From the NCBI GenBank assembly GCA_011525265.1, contig WTHV01000073.1, positions 1 to 35,609 of the forward strand: a DNA stretch of 35,609 nt, written 5' to 3'. The stretch's first letter is position 1. Each line of letters begins with the position of its first letter. Positions 8,003 to 20,000 of this stretch are shown here, piece after piece. Position numbers and translations under genes: made by a program. The notes under the pieces were generated by a model. It searched no databases. It saw only the letters and a list, made by a program, of their open reading frames with translations, and was not told the DNA's origin. Source of the DNA: Alphaproteobacteria bacterium. Lineage in GTDB: Bacteria > Pseudomonadota > Alphaproteobacteria > Puniceispirillales > Puniceispirillaceae.

Positions 8003-8010
8003 ACCTCATT

Positions 8011-11000
8011 CTAATTCAATAACAAAGATAAAGGCCCGATTGGCGCATCAGTATTAATACCCACAGATGTTGCCGCAAGCGGTGTGCCATCATCTTCTGT
8101 ATTGGCCTCTTCGACAGGCTCTTCGCCGTCCTCTGCCTCTTCATCATCTAGGATATCGTTTGAGATAGGTGCTTGTTCAAAGACAGGCAAGCCAAGCTGA
8201 ATGATCGTATCAGTATCCACCTGAACCACGCCCAAGGCAGAGCTATCTCTAACACCAAAGCTGTTGGCAAAATCAGATGCCAAAGCACCATCACTCAGAC
8301 CCATATCAATGGCATCTTGTGCGATAACCTGCTCTGGTGCAACGCCTGGCGCCTCAAGTGTAATGCGTCTATCATTCGATAAAATAGCCTGCTCTAGGCG
8401 CACAGATGAAACAGGGTTAATCGCCACTGTGTTTGATGCACGCATAGTTTCAATCACATTATTTAATTCTTGTTCAACTGACTGCTCTGCCACCTGCAAG
8501 ACATATGGCAGGCGATAGAAAGCAAGCGTGCCAGAACAATTCACCTGTGGGTTATTATAGTTAAAGGTGAAATCAAGAACCGCATTGCCATTACCAATAA
8601 AGCTTGGCGCGCCTGTACAGCGATAATCTTCATCACGCTGACCTTGTAATAAAGCGCCATCAGAGAAATAGCCGGCATCATTTTGCGATAGCAACCATTC
8701 ATTCGGACTTAACATATTATCCATCAAGCGACCAACGCGCGCATCAAAAGCGCCCGCAGAAATATAGGCATCATCACGAATTGTGCCCTCTGTTACCGTA
8801 AAGACGTTTGATAATGGGGCATCAAAAGCAGCGCTATTGGCAATTAATCTTTGGACATTCACACCAGCTTCTGCCTCAATACCAAGCATTGTGCCAACAG
8901 CACGTGCACCAGCATTTTTGCCTTGAATATAGATATCAAGCGCATCAGAGCCATTATAATCAATCTCGTTCAAATTCGCATAAGCATGAACATTAAAGCG
9001 TATATCACCATTACCACCAAAGGTGATATCCGCATTGCTATTACCGCCATCTTGAATAGAGGTCGCATTAATTGTGACAGCATCAGTTGTGGTATTATTC
9101 GTCACCACACCAGTTAGTGTAACCGTATCAGAGGCATCGATTAACAAACGGCCCGCACCAAGATCTATAACTGACCCATCGCCAATTGTTACATTTTGAT
9201 AACCAAGACTATCGGCAAGAGAATCTGCATCAATTTCAAGATTACCACCAGATGTTGAAAGGCTTGTATTCTCGGCCATAGTGAAATTATCTGCCACCGA
9301 GGCAAGGATATCACCACCGCCTGTTGAGACTGAACCAGAAATGGCCATATTGTCACCAGATGAGAGGTTTAACACTGCGCCATTTGTATCAATGCCACCA
9401 ACACCCTCAAGATTCAAATCTTCAAATGAACGCAATGTCACAGAGCCGCCATTCGTATCAAGAGACCCAACAACCTTTAAGGTAGAGGCAACCGCCATAT
9501 CTAAATCACCATTGAGATCAGCCCCTGTCAGGCGCATTGGCTGGTCAAAATCAGTATAGAGCCATGCCCCATCTGTTTGGCTTGTCACGGTGAAGGTTGC
9601 GTTATCATCATTGATGGTTGCAATATCAAGTGCCTTATTCTTCTTAAGCTGATCACTATCGCCATCAGCAGGCTGCTGACCAATCGCACCTTGTGCTGAG
9701 AGGGCGACATATAAGCCTTTAATATCAGTCGTGGTATCAAGCGCATTATCCAAAATCGCACCAGGGCTAATCAGGTTAATCGCATCACGTGAATAGAAAG
9801 ACCCGACATTCACATCACCCGTTGCCTCGGTGAGGTAAATACCATCGCGTGAACGACCTGATAATGTGGAGCCATTATCCACATCGACCACAAATTGCTT
9901 ATCACTTGCCCCAATACGGCCTTTACCTGATTCAAGCAAGATATTCTGACCAGAGACAACCGTGTTGTTATCGTCTCTACCATTTAACAGATTGCCATCC
10001 ATCTTAATGCGGACATCACCACCTGCCTCAGCACGCTCGATAAGGGTATTTGTCTCAGAGCCTAAATAGACGACATCATCGGCAGAAATATTCACATTGC
10101 CAGAGGCACTAACATCAAAATCCTCATACATGGAAATCGTCATAATGCCTGTTTCATTGTCATATTGAGCATCTTCAGATTCAGCTGCCGCCAAGGCAAG
10201 ACGAGTGGTATTATCCAAGTTATTAATATCGTGATCAGCATTACCTTCTGAGAATAGATCCACTGTAAAGTTATGCGTTAACCGACCCAATGAGCCATTA
10301 TCAACATTGATCGTGATGTTATTAGCAGACACATTTGTGCTTTCAATCGCCAATGTTGTATCAGCAACCTCTTTGAATTCAATCACTGGAATTTTGTTAT
10401 TCAGCTGATCGTCTGTCCATTTAAATCCATTTGTGATAGAGGCGATCTCATCTTCGGTCGCACTATAAGAGAAATTATCATTATAAGATGTCGGGTCGCC
10501 AAATTTCTCATAGCCCGCTTGATATCTTGTTTGTTGTGCGGCTTCAAAATTCGCAATGCGTGTTGCATTATCATCAAGGGCAGAACGCTGGTCAGCAGTG
10601 GCTGTGTAAGAGAAGTTGGAATCATACGCATCCCAGCTTGTTTCATTATCAGAATTTGTGCTGACATTACGAAGCGCGAAATAGTCATTATAGAGCGTTT
10701 CAACCTGATCTTGATAGGTCTCAATCGTATTGTCTTTCTTTGAATCTGCCGCTGTGCCTGTCAGCCCCATCTGATCAACAAGGGCATTAAGGTCAGCTAT
10801 AGCAATCTCATCATCAACCTGCTCAGAATTACCATCAAGCAAGTCGCCATTCACGACTGTAATTGTGACATTGTCACTTGTGATCAATTGGTTAATACGC
10901 AAATCACCGGCTGTCTCTTCGACATTAATATTGCCGCCACCTGATGCGATTGACAAAGTGCCGCCATTTTCAGCATCTGTATTCACGCGGAAGATACCGC

Positions 11001-14000
11001 CCGCAGATGTCGCTGTACCTTCTTCCGCGACAATATCAATTGTATGGCCTGTTAAGACACCACTGCCCTTTAGCTCAACATTCTGATTGGCTGAGAGGCG
11101 GATAGCACCTGTACCACCCACATTGATAGAATTGATGTAAAGGCTGCCAGCAGGAGAGGCAACATTGACATTCTGACCAGCACTAATGGTCAAATTATCT
11201 GTTTCCGACTGGTTAATTCTAATCGGGTTTGCCGCAGTACCAATTGAACCTGATGTGGCCGCAAGCGTCAAATTACCTGTTGAAATAGAATCTGTCTGTG
11301 TTGCGTTCAGAATATCACCAGAAGATGCTGTGATAGATGTTGTGCCATTGGCATTGTCAATCTGGCCACTAATCACAACACCACCATTTGAGGTAACGGA
11401 AATGCTGCCGCCATCTTCATTGCCTGAGAAGCCAATCGCAATATCATTATCAGCGCGCAATGAATGGTAATTATAACGCAAAGAGCCAACAACAAAGGCG
11501 GTTGTATTATAGTAACGGCAATAGCGTACCATATTTAAAAAGCCGCCCCACCAACAGCGATCAGTGCCAGATTCATCCAAGACCAATGTGCGTTCTGTTT
11601 CAATCTGGTCAGCTTTAAAGGTGTAGTCACTTGAATCAGATGTATCAACAAGGATGTAATCACCTTCTGGCAATTGCTCACCAGAAAGAGATTGCGTTTC
11701 TGTATTATCAATCGCTTGGCCTGACCAGAAATCATTACCAACATCAAAGGCACTGACGCCCCAAAGGCGCTTTGTGGTCTTTGTGCGGTAATTTGTCTCG
11801 CGGTCAACTGTTTGTTGGCCAGACATGAAGTTAAAACGTGCACCAGATTCAGGGCTATAAGAGGATTGCGGATTGCTCACCACATTATCAACAGAGCTTG
11901 AGCCTTGGTTATTCGTAACAGTCAATGTGCCAGCATTGCGCGTATATTCGGTGATAAGTGAAGAGCCTAGACCATTATCTCTGAGGCTATCAACAATCGT
12001 AATCTTGCCTTCCATGCCACCAGTCGACAGATTAGAAAGGCTCAATTTCTTATCACTATTATTGGTGATGCTGATCTGGCCATAACCATCAGCTGCAACA
12101 AGCTTACCATTACCTGTTGAAATGATACGGCCAGCAACTGTCAAATTGCCACCTTTTACATCTGCTGTGGTGACAAATAGCTCTTCTTTTTCACGGTCAT
12201 ATTTCAGCTTAATATCACCAGAAACATAGCGGTTATCATTACTGCCAACAATTGACCCTTCAAGTGTCTTATTCACTGATTTCACTGTCACAATATTGGC
12301 TGTCGGATTAGCTGATAGGGCGCTATCAACTTCGGACTGGCTAACGGTGATTGACTTATTGGTGATACCAGCTTGCACAAGACCATTAATATTCAAGTTA
12401 TTGGCTGAGATAAACACATCATTTGATGCGGCAATCACAGATGAGCTGTTTGTATTGCTAGCAGAAGCAAATTCACCGCCACAATTACTGGCGTGAGTTG
12501 TAAAGGTTGGCGCATACATATGTGATGTCGGCTGATTTAGCAAAGTGGCTATAAGTACAGATGTGGCACTATAGCCGTCAGCATAGGTAAGACCTGTGAT
12601 TTCTTTGCGAAGCGGGTCACAGCCACCTGTGAAAGCACGATTATCCATCTCAGAGATCGTGTTCACGCCATTGCCATTATTATAATCAGAGATGGTATCT
12701 GATGTAGAGCCGCCTGTAGGTGAGCTAAAGGCCGTATTCGTGCGGGGGTCACCACCCACATGGAAGACATTCACATCAGCATCAAAGACATAATTGCCGC
12801 CACTTGAAATATCAACAGTACCAGCCGCGATTGAGGCTTGGCTGAAGATAGAGCCTGTTTCATTATTCACAGTCACAGTGCCGCGAATATTTCTGATACC
12901 GCCATAGCCATCTGTGCTTTCTGTGCGAAGTGCAATCGCAGGAGCGGTAATATCTGAAATACTATCAGGATTATAAGCAGCATTAGCGCTGTCGAAATTA
13001 TTATTAATCGTCACAGATGGATCAGCCGAATTCTCGCCAGATATCAATGTCAGACCCTGGGTCTGGCCATTAGGCACATTATTCAGATTGATCGTATCAA
13101 CCTCTGCCCCTGTTGTAACAGTCACACCATTAAAGATGATATTACCACCGCCAACATCAGGGATATCAATATCATTTACCACAAGAGCGATTGGCGAATT
13201 ATTGGTGATTGTGACTGTCTCACCAGATGGTGTGTTAATCGTACCGCTACCAGCAAGATAGTCAGAGACCACTTTCACATTACCTGTTGCCGCTTCGATA
13301 TCACTGATTTTAATGACTGGCACAGGCTCACTGCCATAAAGCGCGATGCTTGATTCAAGAACCGTGATACGTGACTGCACTTCATTACGCATTTCGCTAA
13401 GCTGATCGGTTGTATAAGATGATGAAGTTGTGACCGTTGTCGTATCAGTCCCATTATCAACTGACTCATCTTGCTCAATTGAGCCTTCTGTATAAGCGTT
13501 TAAAACCTCTTTTAAGGCAGCAATTTCAGCACGGACATTGGCCGCGAAATCAACCTCTGGATCAATCGTCCAGCTGGCATTCTCAACAGTGATATTGTCA
13601 TTTAAATAGCCAACAATCGGTGATATGCGGCTGTCATTATCGCCATCTGCTTCAAAGACAATATTTTGGTCAACAATGCGCTGATCAATTAAGACCCACT
13701 GATTAGACGGGTTTTCACTCTCATTATCAAATTGGATAGTATAGCGCTGTGTTGTGCCATTATCATCCACATAATAATCACTTAATGCGGCATTAATGGT
13801 AACACTGACATCTTTCTTAATACCTGTCTCAACTGTGCCTTCAATTGTCACACCTGCAGAGCCTGTGGTTGTCTCAGAGCCATAGAAATCAGAATAGTTA
13901 CCGCCTGTAATAGATTCGCCAGCAGCCTGATAGAGGTTCTTTGCCTCACCATAAGATTTTACAAGCAGATAGTCTCTATCAAGACCAAGTGTCTCAGCTG

Positions 14001-17000
14001 CTTGCAATCTCGTTGCCATTAATTGGGTATCTTTTGTGCTTTTCAGCGCTGCCCCAGATTGCACCGCAATGGTCGCATTATTGGTAAAGGTAATATCTGA
14101 CTGGCGTCCTGAATCAATCGGAATGGCTGTGTTGTTCCAGATACGGCTTTCTGTATCAATGGTATGTTCTTGATAATAGGCTGTTGCCAAACGCCCTGAA
14201 TAGACATCCAATGTACCATCAATTTCTGTGCCAGAATTTGTCTCAAAGATAACGCGGTCAGTCTTTGTGATATTGGCAACGGCACGCGCCTCTGCACCAG
14301 CACCCACAAGACCATAGGTTGAGGTAAAGGCACGCACATCAACAAGCGGGGCAGATTGTGTCTCGATAACCGCATCACTCCAGCTTGTTGTCAGGCTGGC
14401 ATTATCTTCAAAACGAATTGTGCTATTGGCCACGCCTGTTGCCATACTGTCTGAACGCGGTACTGAAATCGCACCACCGACATTAGTTTCTGCCTCATCA
14501 TCAATCTCAAGCCCAGAGAAAGCAGTAATTTGCGTCAGGCCACGTGCCGCGCTTGTACCCGTGCCAGTGATGGTTGAGAATTCGCCAATTGTGACATCGG
14601 TATTTTGCGTCAAATTCGCACGGCTTGTCCCAAGTGCCACAGCAATCGCACCGCCACCACGAACCGCAAAGTTCGGATCATTGACCCCTTTTTTCGCCAT
14701 TTTATTTGACGCATTAATGACGATATTCGTAGCTGATAAATCAAGATTATCACCAAGTGTCACATCCAAATCAGATGAACCTGTTGAGACGCCAAGACCT
14801 GCTGAAACACTGACCCCACCAACATTTGACGCATCAATCGCATGGTCAAACTGATCTTCATTCAACGCTTTGATCGTCGCATTATCAGTGGCTGAAAGCG
14901 TTGCTCGATTACCAGATGTGCTATTGGCAAAGGCAACGCGTGTGATGGCTGTATTGGTTGTTTGTGCCTCACCACCTGTGGCGGCAATCGCACCACCTGC
15001 ACCAGCGACCGTATCTGTCTTAGCATTCTTGGCACTTGTAGCTTGAACAGTAAGATGTTCCCCAGTTTCGATTGTGACGCCGCCGCCAATGGCAATTTGG
15101 CTATCTGAGGTATCATCAAGATAAGAGAAGTTCGCACCAATCGCAGCAAGGCCAACTGATAGGCCTGTTGTGCGTGATTGAGACCTCGTGCGGTTATTGG
15201 TTGTAATCGCCGTGGAACCTGCATCAGTAATCGTGCTGTTTGTGCCGATATTCACCGATGTATCAACATCAATATCTGTATCAGATACAGTCGCATTTGC
15301 CCCGACAAGTGCACCGCCAGCACCAGCAATTGTATAATTATTTGCCGCCTCTAATGCGCCATCACCTGCTTGCGCCGAAATCGTCACATCATCACCTGTA
15401 ATGGTGACATTATCATAAAGCTCAACTTCAGAATCGCGTGTGACATCAACCTCTGTGAATACGCCGCTTAAGCCAACACCTGCGGCAACAGCAACACCCA
15501 CAGCATCAACATCATTGCTTGTATTCTCATAAGATGTGATTTGAACGCTGCGATTAGAATAAATCGCACTATTTGTGCCAATAGACGCTTTGGTCTCGCC
15601 CTCATCAGAGATATTCACAAATGCACCAACAAGCGCGCCTGCATAGCCCAAACCAGCAGACACAGCCTTTGCTTGATGAGAAGAGTCATTGCGTGCCGTA
15701 ATCAGCACATCACCTGTACGATTATCATTTGTCCCAAATTGCGTATTTGCCCCAACAACCGCAAGAGAGTCACCAGAGGTGTTAATATCAACAACAGATA
15801 TACCAGCGGCAGCGATACCACCTGCGACGGCGGCAACCAATACTTCTGCGTCTATATCACGGTCAGATGATACTGTGATATCGGCTGTATTGCTTGCCGT
15901 ATTAATCGTGACATTATCCCCGATTTCAGCGCGGGCATTTTCCTCAAGATTGACCTGTGCGATTGAGGCAGCCAAGCCAACAAGACCGACAGAAGCGCCA
16001 ACAACAACTGAATGGACACCTTCAACTGAAACGCTATCATCATCTGGCAAATCAATTGAAATACCATCACCTGACAAAATAGCCGCATCAACTGTAACGC
16101 CTGTTGTATTATCGATTGAGGTGTTGCTGCCAATGCGTGATGTCACAGAACCGGCATAATCAGCGACCGCAACAAAGCCGCCAACGCCGACCGCACCAAT
16201 CGCAGCACCACCTGAGATTTGTGATAGCTCTAATGTTTCTGTGGCCTCTACGCTGACATCACCACCTGCAATGATTGTTACATTACTGCCAATCTCTGCG
16301 AGTGTGCTGTCACCATCTGTGCCTTCAACATCTGATTGAATGCCAGAGGTTTGTGCCATGGCAAGCTGATTGGCTTCAGCATCATCATCTTCTGTATAGG
16401 CTCTTGTATTTGTCATGGCATTGGCTGAGTCATTATCTGTCTCATATTCGCCGCGATCCTTAGAGGCATTTGCCTCAGCATCTGCCAGCATATTGCCATT
16501 ATCATTTGTCAAACTATCAGAGGCATTATCTGACATACCGCCACCGATCAATGTCAAAGCAACAGAGCCTGCTGCCCCAAGGCCAACGCCGCCCGCAAAT
16601 GCGATACCCTGATTTGAGATATCTTTGCGGCTATTGGCATCAACTGACACATCATCATTGGCAGTCAAGACAACATCATCACCAATTTTTGCTTGCACCG
16701 TATTGCGCGTGACAGTTGCCACAAGACCAAGACCAACACCCGCTGCACCGCCAATTGCTGCGGCACCTGCTGCACCTTGTGTGGTCACATTATCATTGGC
16801 CGCAACACGCACTGTTTGGGTTGCACCATCGCTATAGCCTGAAGCTTGGTTGATAAGCGCATCATCGCCAATTTCTGCAATTGTTGATGTCTTTAAGATG
16901 TTGATACCAACAGAGCCTGTCAGGGCAAGACCCATACCACCAGAGAAGCCAATGATATTTTGATTAATGCTTGTATCGCTATTTGCTTCGACAAGTAAAT

Positions 17001-20000
17001 CATCACGGGCGGTGACATTTGCCCCATCACCAATGCGCGCTGTATTTGTTGATTTGGCAACAAGCACACCAAGTGAGGCACCAATGCCGCCACCTGCACC
17101 ACCAGCCACATTACCAGCGGTTTGGATCATCGCGATATCTGAATCAGTTTTGACAGTTAAATCATCACCAGCTTCGACTGTTGTATTATCGCCAATTTCA
17201 GCCGTCACCGTATTATTGACGACAGAGACACCGACAATACCGCCCTGGCCATTGCCACCAACAGCGATAGAGACCATTGTCTGCAAAATCGTATCATCTG
17301 TTTTTGCTTCAACTGAGACATCGCGCTTAGCATAGGCATCGCCCAACATACGCGCGCGCACTGTCTTGGCAAAGACTTGCGTATCTGAATCAAGGCTGAC
17401 CGCCGCCGCACCAGCACTTATGCCGCTTGAAATATTATTCAGCAAGGTATTAGACGCAGCAAGCAAGCGCACATCTTGGTCACTTGCCCCATCATCATTA
17501 TCTTGGTTAATCACTGTACCAGCACCAACCAAAGCCTCTGTTGTAGAGGATGAGGTCGTAACCGCGACAGTACCAGCAACACCAACCGCACCAAAGCCAA
17601 GGCCAACTGGTGCAAAATTCATATCTTCACTTGTCACAGCAGCGATTGAAAGGCCACTGGCATTTTGCGTATCAAAGCTTAAGGCAACTTGCGTGAAATT
17701 ATCTTCTTTAGAGTTATTATCTTGGTCGCGTGTTGATTTTGTCACGATGCTTGTTGAGCTATTATCAACTGTGCCTGTGGCCGCATCAAGGCCAGAGCCT
17801 TGAGCCAATGCGGTAATAGTCGCATTATCGCCAATCTCAGCACGGTTTTCAGATTTCACAACATAAACACCGAACGCACCAGATACACCAACAGCCCCGC
17901 CTGAGCCAGCGACAACAATGCCATCTATTTCGATATCATCCTTACTTTCAAGACGAATAGAATCGCGCGCAAAGATAACCGCATTATCACCGATGCTGGC
18001 AGAGGTATTATTCTTGGCAACCACAACACCCGCAGAGCCTGTGACACCTACAAGACCCCCATTAATCGATAGAGCCACTTGAATGATATCTGTCTCAGCA
18101 TCAGCATCAACGGTGATATCACCTTCAGATGAGACACGGGCATTATCATCAATAAAGGCTTTGGTTTCCTTATCAAGGACGACAGAATCACCTGTGATAC
18201 CAACACCAACAAGTGCACCGCCACCAGAACCTGAGACTGATAAGAGATCTGTATCACTTTCAGCTAGGACAGCGACATTTTGCGCTGAGTCATTATCTGA
18301 TTGGTTCACAGACGCATTATCACCAATAAAGGCATGTGTTTTTGAAGTGGTCTTTTGTGCCATCACCACACCTTGGACAGATGTGATACCTGCACCACCT
18401 GCTGAAAGCGCGCCAGAATTGACGCTCTCAGATGTGCGGGCACGGATAAGCATATTACGGCTGGCATTAACCTCAGCATCATCGCCGACATAGGCTTGCG
18501 CGGTATTATTCACAAGGACAACACCAACTGTGACGCCAACACCGACAACACCTGCCCCGCCAATAGCCCCTGCTGTAAAGATGGTCTCGGTCGTATCTTC
18601 AGCCTCAACAGTGAGGTCTCTGCCTGCATTCACAATCGCACTTGATGCGATAAAGGCCTTTGTTTGATTCAAAGATGACGTATTATCTTCATTATTAAAG
18701 CGCGTACCGATATTGGTCTCTGCCTGCTTTGAATCAATGGTTGAGGCAACCTCAGAAAACTCATTACCTGTGCGCGCATAATCACCATCTGATTCATTAT
18801 CATTAATGATATTTGAGACAATAAGCGCGTTATTGCGGCTATCTGCCTCATCAGCAAGATTATTATCGCCAGAGCCTGTCATCTGCTCATCTGTCTCTTC
18901 ATCCGCTTGCGCACCGACAAGGATAACAGCCACATTACCTGCAACAGACACCGTACCACCTGCGGCACCAGCAAGGGTGAAATTCTTCGTTGATTTGGCT
19001 GAATCAGCTTCGACTGAGATATCTCTTACCGCGCTGACCACACCTTGGATAGACGCTTGCGCTTTATTATGCACCACAAGCGCATTCAAAGACACACCAA
19101 CACCAACTGTACCGCCGCCGCCAATGCCGCCAATCACATCAATGGTTGTCACACTATTTGTCGCTCTGACGGCAACATCTTGTGTTGTATAGCTGGCATT
19201 ATCATAGCGCTGATTGACCCCGCCAAGAATTTCAGCCTTGGTCGTTGAATCATGAACCTTGATACCAGCTGAGACAGACACACCAACCGTGCCACCAATG
19301 CCGCCAGCCAAGACAGCGGCAACTGAATTTTCTGTGCTATCTGCTGTTACAGAGGTTGTCCCAACAGCATCAACTTGCGCTGTATTGCCGATAATGGCAG
19401 TGGTTGTCCCTTTGACAACAGCGACCCCAAATGAGGCACCAATACCAGCCGTTCCACCACCGCCAACTGCACCGGCAATCTGAATCAATTCAGAGGTCGC
19501 ATTGGCATCAACAGCCACATCATTTTCCGCGCGCACATCACCATCAATGCGGGCATTTGTGTCATTAACAATGACGCCAACAGATGCGGTGCCAGCAACA
19601 CCTGCGGTACTGCCTACACCGATTGTGGCAGCAGAATTAATGACCTTGTCGCGCGCATTGGCTTCAACAATGACATCTCTATTGGCTTTAACAATCGCAT
19701 TTTCAGCAATATAGGCATCTGTATTTTTAACCTGAACAACCACATCAGCGCCAACACCCACACCAGCAGAGCCAGTGCCAACACCAAGGGCAGCAGATAA
19801 ATCAACCCAATAGGTATCTGAAATCGCTCTCACCGTGACATCTTGATCAGAATGCGGGCTTGTATTGGTCGCATTAATTGTTGCGCCATCACCAATACTT
19901 GCCTCAGTGGTATTAATCCCAACACCTGCAGAAAGCGAAATGGCAATCGCGCTATCAGATGAGACCGCACCAGAAGCGGCGATTGAAATCACATCTTGAT

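Noticed and set aside
8011-9100. I considered whether the TpsA is a contact-dependent inhibition toxin (CdiA-CT) with an immunity gene, or an RTX-type protein.
   Set aside because: I found no VENN-like pre-toxin motif and no GGxGxD nonapeptide run by eye. No small co-directional ORF follows the stop, and the next gene is convergent, 8 nt away. A divergent toxin domain cannot be excluded without HMM searches.
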